Positions 47,212 to 57,500 of a DNA stretch of 64,000 nt are shown here, one piece after another (positions within the stretch are counted from its first letter, which is position 1; the number at the start of each line of letters is the position of its first letter). A program made the position numbers and the translations under genes. The stretch is from the IMG/VR virus record IMGVR_UViG_3300025108_000016; one strand, written 5' to 3'. This DNA comes from a virus. The notes under the pieces are model-generated. The model saw nothing but the letters and a program-made list of their open reading frames with translations. It was not told the DNA's origin and did no database searches.

Positions 47212-48605
47212 GAGTAGTTGTTGTTGGTGGAGGTACTGCTGGATGGATGGTAACTTATTATCTGTCCGAATCTCATCTATGTGTCAATGTCTCTACTGAA
47301 GAGATCCCTATCATAGGTGTAGGTGAAGGTACGACGGGTAAATTTCTTGATGTATTCAAGATGGACCATGTAGAAATGATGCATGGTATGGATGCTTTAC
47401 CTAAACTTGGCATCAAGTTTGACAACTGGAGTAAGACCAAGCAGAGTTTCCTTTCACCCATTGATGGAACACCAACAGCTAGTAAATATATTGATTATAC
47501 TTGTCTTGCCTATGGTCCTGTAGGTAAGCACATCACTTTGATGAACGGCAATAAGTCTAACTTCTTTGTCGAACAACCAGACTTGATGTGTGATTATAAT
47601 CAAAATGCTTTACATCTAGATGCATATAAGACAGGCGAGTTCTTTAAATCTCAAAGCAAACTACTCAAACATTACGATGCTAAAGTAGTCAAGGTTAATA
47701 GAGAGGAAGGATTTATTAAATCTATTGAACTCGATACTGGTGAAACAATAGAAGGTGATTTATTTGTTGATTGTTCTGGTTTCGCTAGAGTCTTAAGTGC
47801 CGCTGATGATTGGGTAGACTATTCTGAATACCTTCCTGTCAATAGAGCATTAGTATATAAAACAGAGACAGAATCTTCTAGAAAACCATACACTCTTGCT
47901 ACTGCTAGAAACCATGGTTGGACTTGGGAGATTCCAACTCGTACTAAAATTGGTAAAGGATATGTGTACTGCGATAAGTATGCATCCGAAGATGATATCC
48001 TAGAAGAACTAGGTGACGTTGAGAAAGTCAAATCTATTGAGTTTAAATCTGGTAGAATTACCAAGTTTCTTGATAAGAATTGTCTTTCATTAGGACTCTC
48101 TTCGGGGTTCTTAGAACCATTGCAAGCAACTAGTATTCATCTTACACTGATGCAATTAGAACGCTTTGCATATGGATATCCTACCGAGGATTTATTCCTT
48201 GACAATGAGATGGAAAGAGACTATAATGATTATGTCGCGTCCTTACATGATTCTATGAGAGACTTTGTGTCTCTACATTATTCTGGAGGTAAAACTGATA
48301 CTGACTTCTGGAAAGATGCCCGTGTCACTCCCTTTGTAGATAAAATTATTTCTTTAACTAAGAAAAGACTCCCCCGATCTTTTGATTTTCCTAAGATAGG
48401 TGGAGGTGTTGCTCAAGAATCATACAACCCCATCCTATGGGGATTAGGACACTTTAATAATTGTCCAGTAAAGCAGACATTTGACAGCGACAACGCTTCT
48501 ATGGTATACTGGGCAAGCGAAGCAAAGAAGTTCGGTGGTAATACTTCTAAGTACTTAACCATTGATGAACTGAACGACATCATCGCTAGTCTTGGGAAGA
48601 CTTAA
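47208..48605 (+). CDS. Flavin-dependent (tryptophan) halogenase family protein
   Basis: GGGTAG, IIGVGEGT, DCSGF, GWTWEIP (WxWxIP), FLEPLQATSI. Confidence 0.9.
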   Translation: MRVVVVGGGTAGWMVTYYLSESHLCVNVSTEEIPIIGVGEGTTGKFLDVFKMDHVEMMHGMDALPKLGIKFDNWSKTKQSFLSPIDGTPTASKYIDYTCLAYGPVGKHITLMNGNKSNFFVEQPDLMCDYNQNALHLDAYKTGEFFKSQSKLLKHYDAKVVKVNREEGFIKSIELDTGETIEGDLFVDCSGFARVLSAADDWVDYSEYLPVNRALVYKTETESSRKPYTLATARNHGWTWEIPTRTKIGKGYVYCDKYASEDDILEELGDVEKVKSIEFKSGRITKFLDKNCLSLGLSSGFLEPLQATSIHLTLMQLERFAYGYPTEDLFLDNEMERDYNDYVASLHDSMRDFVSLHYSGGKTDTDFWKDARVTPFVDKIISLTKKRLPRSFDFPKIGGGVAQESYNPILWGLGHFNNCPVKQTFDSDNASMVYWASEAKKFGGNTSKYLTIDELNDIIASLGKT

Positions 48606-48752
48606 AAAGCACCCTGGTGCGGGTGAATGCGACTCGCCGCCTGGTTTCTTGCTTCCAGTTAAAAAGCAAGTGGTGGTGCCAAATACCCTTCCGTGTGGTT
48701 GGTTCTTGTTTACAACTAAAACAAACAAGTGGCGTGCATGTGTAACCCCCCA
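48588..48752 (+). ncRNA. manA-like (manA/wcaG class) structured RNA
   Basis: Two repeated pseudoknot units (48641-48670, 48698-48729) with compensatory changes; ends GTGGCGTGCATG; boundaries approximate. Confidence 0.7.
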
Positions 48753-48899
48753 CACGAACTGTCACAAGGGTAAGTATAATTACTCTAAGTCGTGTATAAA
48801 TAAAATCGTTACAATTTTGTAACAAAACCTAACGGAGACACGTCGAGTCTCCTATCATCTGTGGGTTAAACTCCACAAGCAAACAAACATTTAAACAAA

Positions 48900-49271
48900 A
48901 TGATCAAATCTGTATTCGCAGCAACCGCTGCCCTTTCTGTCTCTGCTGGTGCTGCTTTTGCTGGCCCCTATGTTAACGTAGAAGCCAACTCTGGTTTCAC
49001 GGGATCCAGCTACAATGGAACCGCTACTGACCTTCACGTAGGTTATGAAGGCGCTCTTGGTGAGAACGCTTCATACTACGTCCAAGGTGGTGCTACTGTA
49101 GTCTCCCCTGACGGCGGTGAGAGCGACACCGTTCCTTCTGGTAAGGCAGGTCTTGGTATCGGTTTGACCGATGCTCTTGGTGCTTACGGCGAAGTCTCCT
49201 TCGTTGGTAGTGGCGACAGCAATGTCGATCGCGGTTATGGAACCAAATTGGGTCTTAAGTATTCCTTCTGA
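48900..49271 (+). CDS. Outer-membrane beta-barrel-like protein
   Basis: Signal peptide ending AFA; amphipathic strands; C-terminal KYSF; TATAAATA at 48795. Confidence 0.8.
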   Translation: MIKSVFAATAALSVSAGAAFAGPYVNVEANSGFTGSSYNGTATDLHVGYEGALGENASYYVQGGATVVSPDGGESDTVPSGKAGLGIGLTDALGAYGEVSFVGSGDSNVDRGYGTKLGLKYSF

Positions 49272-49294
49272 TATCCATAAGGAAAACTAAACTG

Positions 49295-49331
49295 AGAGGG
49301 GCTTGACGCCCCTCTTTTTTTCATATATAAT
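49295..49331 (+). promoter_or_regulatory. Terminator with embedded hli promoter
   Basis: AGAGGGGC-TTGAC-GCCCCTCT + T run; TTGACG-N17-TATAAT. Confidence 0.8.
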
Positions 49332-49358
49332 ATGTAAAGATTCATTACGAAACGTATC

Positions 49359-49568
49359 ATGACAGTAACAACCGAAGACGGCGGACGCACAAACATGTGG
49401 GCAACAGAACCCCGTATGTACATTGATCCAACTGAAGCAGAACGCCATGGTCTTGAAACCCACGCAGAACGTGCAGAAAAAGCAAATGGACGCTATGCTA
49501 TGTTGGGAATCATCGCAGGATTCGTTTCGTATGCTGTGACTGGTAACTTTTTCTTTGGCATTATTTAA
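49359..49568 (+). CDS. hli: High-light-inducible protein
   Basis: [12 protein letters not shown] chlorophyll-binding motif. Confidence 0.93.
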   Translation: MTVTTEDGGRTNMWATEPRMYIDPTEAERHGLETHAERAEKANGRYAMLGIIAGFVSYAVTGNFFFGII

Positions 49569-49858
49569 TGACTTATAGTATTCTACTTAAAACTTCTGAA
49601 GGCGAGCACACAATTGAGTGTGAATCTGATCAATACATTCTTGACGCTGCTGAAGAAGCAGGTGTTGATATTAATTACTCCTGCCGCGCTGGTGCTTGTT
49701 CATCCTGTGCTGGTAAACTTGAGAGTGGTAGTGTAGATCAAAGCGATCAATCGTTCTTGGATGATGATCAAATTGAAGCAGGTTTCTTGCTAACTTGCGT
49801 CTCTTATCCTACTAGCGATTGTGTAGTATTGACCGAGCAAGAAGAGAGTTTGTATTGA
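49568..49858 (+). CDS. petF: [2Fe-2S] ferredoxin
   Basis: [13 protein letters not shown]...LTCV. Confidence 0.96.
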   Translation: MTYSILLKTSEGEHTIECESDQYILDAAEEAGVDINYSCRAGACSSCAGKLESGSVDQSDQSFLDDDQIEAGFLLTCVSYPTSDCVVLTEQEESLY

Positions 49859-50196
49859 TGAATCTTACACAAGATGAACTTTGGAATCAGATTGCAACCC
49901 TTGGTTGGGATGTAAGAAATGATAACATTGTAATTGAGATCGGTGGTACAGTAGTTTCTGGTATCCATCAAGGCGAAGAGTATAATAAAAAGTGGGCAAC
50001 GCCTTTTGGTGTGCGTAAATATAATAAGGACGCCTTCATCGTTATTAAAAACCTTTCACGTACTCCTTTTGCATCTTCTCTTCCTATGGACCGAGAACAT
50101 GCACCCCATCATTCAAAGACACCAGACGTTGTTGTTAACATGGAAGGTGGAGTTGGCGGGTCATGGGAAGTGAAAGAGGAAGATGACAAATCCTAA
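49858..50196 (+). CDS. Conserved hypothetical protein
   Basis: TGATG coupling; YNKKWA..YNKDAFIVIKNLSR. Confidence 0.7.
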   Translation: MNLTQDELWNQIATLGWDVRNDNIVIEIGGTVVSGIHQGEEYNKKWATPFGVRKYNKDAFIVIKNLSRTPFASSLPMDREHAPHHSKTPDVVVNMEGGVGGSWEVKEEDDKS

Positions 50197-50344
50197 TCAA
50201 CTCTATGAAGACATGGAGAAACTGAATGCCCTTTATGAAGAACTCTGCTGGGGGCATGATGACGAGTTAGTATTCCAGATCGAATATCTAACAGGCAAAG
50301 GCAGAGTCGTTATTAAAAACAAAACACAGGAGCAAATCAAATGA
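50183..50344 (+). CDS. Small hypothetical protein (53 aa)
   Basis: MTNPNQLYEDMEKLNALYEELCWGHDDEL... Confidence 0.7.
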   Translation: MTNPNQLYEDMEKLNALYEELCWGHDDELVFQIEYLTGKGRVVIKNKTQEQIK

Positions 50345-50460
50345 AATTTGGATTCACACCTGAGGCAGAAGTCCTCAACTCACGTCTAGCAATGCTTGGT
50401 TTCATCATCGCTGTTGGAACTTATGCAACCACAGGACAGATTATTCCAGGAGTATGGTAA
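50341..50460 (+). CDS. hli: High-light-inducible protein (39 aa)
   Basis: MKFGFTPEAEVLNSRLAMLGFIIAVGTYATTGQIIPGVW. Confidence 0.92.
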   Translation: MKFGFTPEAEVLNSRLAMLGFIIAVGTYATTGQIIPGVW

Positions 50461-50589
50461 ATGTTATTGTTAGCAACTATCCTTTTGGGAAGCTTTATTA
50501 TTGGAGCAGTACTCTCAGATGGAGGTGCTGATGATGATGGACCACCTGATGGAGGAATGATGACCCCTGTTATGGTTCCTTCTAATTGA
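50461..50589 (+). CDS. Single-TM microprotein (42 aa)
   Basis: TM helix then DDDGPPDGGMMTP. Confidence 0.6.
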   Translation: MLLLATILLGSFIIGAVLSDGGADDDGPPDGGMMTPVMVPSN

Positions 50590-50614
50590 ATAAATAAAAA
50601 CATATCGTCGCCGC

Positions 50615-50656
50615 TAGGGAGTGTCTGGTCAGAATCAGACTACTCCCTATTTTTTT
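50615..50656 (+). terminator. Long hairpin terminator (possible sRNA 3' end)
   Basis: TAGGGAGT-GTCTG...CAGAC-T-ACTCCCTA + T7. Confidence 0.8.
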
Positions 50657-50660
50657 GCTT

Positions 50661-51233
50661 ATGAAAAACTTCATTGGAATTTATCCAAATGCCATGCCAG
50701 ATGACACATGTGATCTGATCATTGATTGGTTTGAAAATAATATAGACATACAACAACCTGGCATTGTATCTTCGCGTCAGGGGGAAAAAACTGAGGTAGT
50801 TAAAAATGTAAAAGACTCTACCGATATTCCTGTGTATTTTTCAGATGATGAATTGCCCAACTATCATATCGCATTAGCAATTTCTAAAGGCATTTCGCCA
50901 TATAAAGATGAATATTTTCACTTGAATGAAGGACCAAGATGGGATGTAGTTAATACTTACAACCTGCAGAGATATTATCCTGGTCAGGGATTTCATATCC
51001 CACACCATGAATTCAATCCAACATCAAACCAGTTGTTGCTGGCATGGATGATCTATTTAAATGATGTTACTGAAGGTGGAGAGACTAGATTTGTTTATCA
51101 AGATATAAATATTGAGCCAAAAAAAGGTACGCTGGTTATTTGGCCAGCGTACTTTACTCATGTTCATCATGGACTTGTTAGTGCAACACAGACTAAGTAT
51201 ATTGCAACTGGGTGGCATCGATATTATGCTTGA
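50661..51233 (+). CDS. 2OG-Fe(II) oxygenase (prolyl-hydroxylase-like)
   Basis: HHE, WMIYLNDV..GGET, THVHHG, KYIATGW. Confidence 0.88.
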   Translation: MKNFIGIYPNAMPDDTCDLIIDWFENNIDIQQPGIVSSRQGEKTEVVKNVKDSTDIPVYFSDDELPNYHIALAISKGISPYKDEYFHLNEGPRWDVVNTYNLQRYYPGQGFHIPHHEFNPTSNQLLLAWMIYLNDVTEGGETRFVYQDINIEPKKGTLVIWPAYFTHVHHGLVSATQTKYIATGWHRYYA

Positions 51234-54200
51234 GCTTCTGTCCAGGAGAACTTAAAGTCAGCAGATCTTGCACTGCTACCGAAACCACCAGCAATGTTTG
51301 TAACACGTACAGCAAGAACTTCAGGACCATCTGGGAATACACCACTTGGGAAGTTGTTGTCGAATGTAGACTTACCACCACCTAGAATGCAGTTAGAGAT
51401 CTCTTTAACTTGATCTAGAGGAACTGTGGATGCACCAGCACCGAAACCACCTGCACCAGCATAGAAAGCGTAAACAACTTCACCACCAACTAGTTCTGCG
51501 TTTGTTCCAAGAACTGCATATTGTGCCAAGGATGTACCACCTACACTTTGCCATGTAGAAGAGACATCAACTGTTGGATTAAGTAATAGTTCTACGAAGA
51601 ACACACCATTAGCAACAATCTGACAATCTCTCATAACTAGTTGCATTCTGTTGACCAGTTCTCTGGATCCGAATGCACCAGTGATACCATTATCAACAGC
51701 AGGACAAACACGTAGTGCTAGGATACCTTTGGTTTGACCAGAGGAAACAGATCTACCAGTTTTAGTACCAATAGAATAGATGTATGCTCTATCTTCATCA
51801 TATTCACCTTCCATAATAACTGAGGAACCCCAGTGACTAATTTGTGGAACAGATGTAGCTCGCAATAGTTCTACACCAATAGGTCTTGTCGTATCATATG
51901 TGAATGTTTCAGCAGATCCTGCTCCCATTGGTGCAAAGATAATACTTGTTCCAGATGCTGTATCAGTTGCTGCAGTGCTTAGGGTGATGTTTACACCAGC
52001 AATTTCCGATACAAATGTATCATCGGGAATGTCTTCGCTTTTAACAACTTGACCAACTTGAATGCCCGTGGAACTAGCGACTTGAACTATGTTACTTCCT
52101 GATGTAGTATTACATGTAGTTACTGCTCCTGCAGCTTCTCTAGTTAAACCTGTAAATGTACCAGACTCAGCAACAGCAAGAGGAGACAAAGCAGAACCAA
52201 CAGATGCTGTGATCGAGATAGGAGTTGAAGATGAAGCAGTTTCGGTGATAGTGAAACTTGTGCTGTTCGGAACTGTTGCAACGAAATAGGTTTTGTTTGC
52301 AACGATGTTAGCAAATGGTCTATCAAATTGAATTGGTTGAACACCATTGCCTTGCAAACCAGCAGTAGAAGTAACTGATAATGTATTACCTGCTGCTTCA
52401 GTTGCTAGAACATCCTGGGCAAAAGTATTTTTGCTGGTATAATTTACATACTCTTGAGTTGCAGATGTAGCAGAATCAACTTGTCTGATTCTTAAGGTTC
52501 CTGATTGTGGGAATCTATCAAGTCCTTTGTTTACATACAGAACACTATCACTATTAGATACTGATTTAGTTACTACTGCAAATGGACAGATAGTATTAAC
52601 TTCATAACGAGCAGGTAGGTTACCTGATCTCATATATGCTTCGTTGTTGAAGTTGTTGTTTGGAATCTTGTGAGCATAGATAACATCACCATTTGTACCA
52701 CGGAATCCCCAACGAATAAAACCAGCACCATACCAAGAGTAGTCCATATAGAACATTTGCATCTTGGTTACATCAATAGTATAACCAGACTTACCAGAAC
52801 CATCACAGCGATCTATATTCCACTGATCTTGCTTCCATATAATTTCTTGTGTCTTGGTGATAGGAACATTAATGTCAGAAGGACCACGATAGTCAGGGAA
52901 GATAATAATTTGCGTGTCTGAAATAATACCATCAACACGATAAGAAGCACCACGAAGAACAATATTATCTCCGATGTTTAGTTGCTTTGCCAGAGAAGTT
53001 CCTGATCCGTTGACACCAGTATAACTAGAAATAACAGAACTGCCATTTGTTACAGTTACTCTACCAGAACATTGGAAAGTAGATGATCTACGAACCACTT
53101 CAATTTCTCCATGAGCATAGCGGAAGAAAATTCCATTCTGCTGATCCATCATACCTAGTTCTAGGTTGACTCCATAAGTATTGATGGGAGTTATAGTATA
53201 AGATCCGCCAGCAGAAGATACTGTTGGGGCAAGTGATGAAGTATACTTAAACGTGAATGGATCGATTACTGCAGTAACTGTGTACGTTCCATTGTAATTA
53301 TTGTCATCACAACCACGGACATCAATTTCACTTCCTCTGGTTATGTTGTGTGCGACTGAAGAAACAACAGTTATATTTGTTCCTGATGCTGTAATGCTAT
53401 CAATATTTTCAATAGCAGGAGCAAGGATAGAACCAGTGGAGAATGCTACACCTTTACCAGACTGATAGCGGAAGTATCTTTTTGTCTGTCTGATTGCTTG
53501 CTGGTTTTTAGATAAAGAATTGGTTGAGAATTTAACACCACCATCAAATGCTCTATGAACAGAGTTTCCTTGTGGTCTTGGATATAATTTTGCTGTGCCG
53601 CTACCAACACCACCAGTAGGAGCAGAAGATGGGTAGTATTTAAATTCTACTGGTGAGATAATAGATGCAACAATCCAAGAACCATTTACATTATTACCAT
53701 TAGAACCTACAATAGCAACTTCGTTACCAACTTCTAAACCATGTGCGTTGGTACACAGAACGTTAACCGAATCATCTCCTGGTGCTGACAACGTAATGGA
53801 TCCACCAATTCTGGAACCACTATAATGAATACCAGAGTAGATATTAGTTCTTGCGCTAATTTGAATAGAAGAATTACCCTGAGTCCAGATAACACCAGCA
53901 GTATATGAGAACTGATTAGCATTGTTTGAACCTGATCCAGCAGAGTCAACAATGAAGACTCCATTAGCACCAGGGAATGTAGTATCCTGAACAAATACAG
54001 GATCTCCAGCTGAAGGCAATGCAGAGTTGTTAGTATCTATAGTAACTCTAATTGTTTTGGTGTTAGTAAATGCTTCGACTTGAGTAACATCAAGTGTAGT
54101 ATTACTTTTATATGCAAAGGGGTTGTTGTTGATCATTGCCAACGATTCCCATTTGGTAGACTGAGTACTATACTCAAAGTCTGTGTCAATCAGTGATTGA

Positions 54201-54541
54201 GGATTAGAAACTCTTTGCTTGTTAACAGAGTCCATGTAGGTCTCTGCTGGTTTGATAGTTTCTTCAAACTCATCATACACAATTTGCAACTTGTCGGTAT
54301 CCGACATCGAAGTTGTATCATATGCAAGAGTAACTCTTGTAGTAGTTACGTTACGAATATCAGTTTCGATCGAGTATACACTAGCAGTAAGTTCAGGATC
54401 ACTGAAGTTATAGATTACTTTGTTGTCAGTAACATTAGTAATCAGAATTAATTGTTCCCTTTGGATACCACCAGGGATTACTACCTCTCTTGCCGAAGCA
54501 TCAAAGAGATAGTAATTACTTTTAATGGATTTTCTCGCCAT
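51224..54541 (-). CDS. Large virion structural protein
   Basis: S/T/G-rich beta repeats; minus-strand ATAAATA at 54579-54585. Confidence 0.75.
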   Translation of the reverse strand: MARKSIKSNYYLFDASAREVVIPGGIQREQLILITNVTDNKVIYNFSDPELTASVYSIETDIRNVTTTRVTLAYDTTSMSDTDKLQIVYDEFEETIKPAETYMDSVNKQRVSNPQSLIDTDFEYSTQSTKWESLAMINNNPFAYKSNTTLDVTQVEAFTNTKTIRVTIDTNNSALPSAGDPVFVQDTTFPGANGVFIVDSAGSGSNNANQFSYTAGVIWTQGNSSIQISARTNIYSGIHYSGSRIGGSITLSAPGDDSVNVLCTNAHGLEVGNEVAIVGSNGNNVNGSWIVASIISPVEFKYYPSSAPTGGVGSGTAKLYPRPQGNSVHRAFDGGVKFSTNSLSKNQQAIRQTKRYFRYQSGKGVAFSTGSILAPAIENIDSITASGTNITVVSSVAHNITRGSEIDVRGCDDNNYNGTYTVTAVIDPFTFKYTSSLAPTVSSAGGSYTITPINTYGVNLELGMMDQQNGIFFRYAHGEIEVVRRSSTFQCSGRVTVTNGSSVISSYTGVNGSGTSLAKQLNIGDNIVLRGASYRVDGIISDTQIIIFPDYRGPSDINVPITKTQEIIWKQDQWNIDRCDGSGKSGYTIDVTKMQMFYMDYSWYGAGFIRWGFRGTNGDVIYAHKIPNNNFNNEAYMRSGNLPARYEVNTICPFAVVTKSVSNSDSVLYVNKGLDRFPQSGTLRIRQVDSATSATQEYVNYTSKNTFAQDVLATEAAGNTLSVTSTAGLQGNGVQPIQFDRPFANIVANKTYFVATVPNSTSFTITETASSSTPISITASVGSALSPLAVAESGTFTGLTREAAGAVTTCNTTSGSNIVQVASSTGIQVGQVVKSEDIPDDTFVSEIAGVNITLSTAATDTASGTSIIFAPMGAGSAETFTYDTTRPIGVELLRATSVPQISHWGSSVIMEGEYDEDRAYIYSIGTKTGRSVSSGQTKGILALRVCPAVDNGITGAFGSRELVNRMQLVMRDCQIVANGVFFVELLLNPTVDVSSTWQSVGGTSLAQYAVLGTNAELVGGEVVYAFYAGAGGFGAGASTVPLDQVKEISNCILGGGKSTFDNNFPSGVFPDGPEVLAVRVTNIAGGFGSSARSADFKFSWTEAQA

Positions 54542-54584
54542 TACTTAGTGCCTCTAAACAGATATTCTTTGCTCTATCTATTTA

Positions 54585-57500
54585 TCACAGCCCATACTTA
54601 CTCTTGGTGACGTTCCAGTTATTCTCACGCTCAACGTCTGATAGATCCTTATCATAGATTCTAAGTTCTGCTATCCTTCCTAAGAATCCAACACCAGATC
54701 TGTTTGCTATCTGTTGTAGTGGTTCTGCGTGTCCTGTATTAAGTGCGAAGGTATTATTAATCCACGCTTGAATAGACACAGAAGTAGCAGCAGGGAATGG
54801 ACTGAACTTCACTACCACATGATTCCACTGCCCTGCTGTAAGAGCAACATTACTAAAGTTACTAGAGGTAGAAGAATAATTATATCTAATCTTTCCAGCA
54901 TCAGATCCACCTTGCTCTAGTTCAATTCTATAAGTGCCATCACTCAACAGATCAGCAATATCAGACGATCCAGTATAAGCATCTGGTTTGATCCACAATT
55001 CAGCAGTCCAAGATACTGTGGAAGAACTACCATCACTGACAGTAACGCTTGGATTTGAGAACGTTATATATTCAAAGCTTCCATTACATCTCACAGTTCC
55101 ATCAATGAATTGATTCTTTGGTTCATCATTAAAAGTTCCGCCAGTTTCAGTGGGAACAAGACTATTGATTCCATATGATAGATTAATCGAAGTTCCATAT
55201 GTTGGAACGTATCTACCATTACCATACAAGGCGGAATTGCCTGCTTCTACTTGTGGTGCCCAAACATACAGATCAGCGGTAGAAGCAAATGGATAGTATC
55301 TATGTTGTTTACCACCTGGCGATCCAAATGAACTAGTAGCAACTCCAGAGAAAGTAAACTTCTGCCATTCACCAGTAGCAGTATGTGTAGTAGTCAGAAC
55401 TTCTCCTCCAGTGCTTAGGAGATAGACAGACTGCTGAAAAGATTGTGATGATCCATCAACTGTCTTGACCCAAGCAGATATAGTAAAATCGCCGTCATTA
55501 TAGATACCTTCATAAATGCTAACTCCACTATGCATTAGCGCAGCAGTATTAGATCCATCAGGAGCTATTGCTGCATTTGGTGTAATTGTGGGGGGAGTAG
55601 CACCCAACCAACTCCAACTACTACCTGTTATATCAGAACTATTTGAGAATTTATTCGTAGCAGGATCATAAGTTGCTCTGTTTCCAAAGTCATAGTTCAG
55701 AAGCAAATTACTAGAAGCTGAAGTACCAGGACCAATCATAGGTGCTGTGGAAGATGCTTCATAGGTATACTTAGACTTGGTAGCGTTGTAGTTCTGGTAG
55801 ACTTGTGCTGGTGTTAGTGCTCTTGGATAGACACGAACATCACCGATGTCTCCATCCCACCACCAATGATGATCACCCCATGCAGCAACTACATAAGGAG
55901 CTGTTTCTCCTCCGCCTATGTAAAGAGGTCTATCTGAATTAACTATAGTATCTGTGTAAGCGGAGCTATCTAGTAGCACACCATTCTTATATAATCTCAT
56001 ATTGCTTCCATCATATGTTCCAACCCAATGGGTAAATTGTGTGTATTCAGAACTGTTTACATCAACTGAAATAATATGACTACCGTTCCATTGGTTTACA
56101 AACCAGTTAAATGTATTCGAGAACGCACCACCACCCAAATTGGTCACCCTTTCGTACATTCCAAAACCATCAGGCCAATCCGCATCGCTAGTTTTTATTA
56201 CACCAACCCTGTAAATGGGTGCTGTCGCGCTTCCATTCATGGTACTCCACATCTCGACAGTTATAGTATCAAAATCGGGTAGTGTATCTACAGATATATA
56301 ATCATCTACTCTATCAAACTCCCAGTATCCAGCGGCGTTGTGGGTAGGAGATGGATTTTTAGCGGTAATTCCTCCAACCAAAGTAATAGTTCTATTATTT
56401 GAACTTGTATCTGTAATGGAACTACCATCAATAATTAAAGAAGTTCCAGATACATCATCAAGTGGTGCTGATGGCGGAGTGAAGTTTCCTGTATATACTT
56501 GAACTCCTTTCACAACTCTCAAATTAGAAATTTCACCAGCATATTCATTACCACCATAAGTTCCCCTAGCACCTATGTAAAGAGTGTCACTACTATCAAA
56601 GTTTCTGTTAGCAGATCCAGTAGCATCTAATACTCCATCAACATATAATTTTGTAGCATCTCCAGAAGCACCCCTAACAACAGCAATATGATGCCACTGT
56701 CCGTCATTTATTTGAGTGGAACCTTGAATAGCATTATCAGCATTAGACACTTGTTCGTTAAATTCTATTCTTCCGTCATTTGATCCAGTAGATCCATTAG
56801 TTCCAACACACAACCTCATACCACTATCATTTGGGTCGTTTTCGTGATATAACCACCCAGCAGATGCCGTGGTTTTGATAAACATTTCAATAGTATATGC
56901 TCCAGTTCCAAAATTAAAGTCAGCACTATTAGCAATTTCTAAACGATCTGTGCTACCTCCTGGAAAATTTAAAGATCCAGAACCATATCCAGAACCAGCA
57001 AAAGGACCAGATAAAGAAATAATTCCATCATTTCCTTTACCAGATTGGTCTAACCAGTTCCCACTACCAGAATAGACATCACCCAACAGGTTCAGTTCTT
57101 GGAAGTCATTAACTCTAATAGCAGGACTACCACTATACTCAAAGTTATCAGCACTATCCATCTGTCTCTTCTTGTTAGAGATATTAGTAGCAAGGTCATC
57201 AAAGAGAAGTTTGTTGGCAGTGAATGGATATGACATTAGATCACTACTGCTATTGCTAACAGAACCATCTGATAGTCTACCAATTTGATCTGGAGCGTTT
57301 AGGACTTTATAGTCAATAGTTGTAGAACCATCAGAAGAATATTGAAAATCTCCAAGTCCATTACCAGAAGAACTTACTTTACCAAAAGTATACTTAGTAG
57401 GGTTCATACCAGAAGTTACTTGATCACAAAAAAGTAGGTAATAAAAAGATGGGTCGGCATCTAAACTTACGTTATCAAATTGAAGTCCTGAATCTCTCGA

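Noticed and set aside
48808-48823. HLR1 (RpaB) site
   Set aside because: Half-sites are inverted, whereas HLR1 is a direct repeat
48555-48825. Three short tracked ORFs over the structured RNA
   Set aside because: Region is better explained by the tandem pseudoknot RNA and promoters
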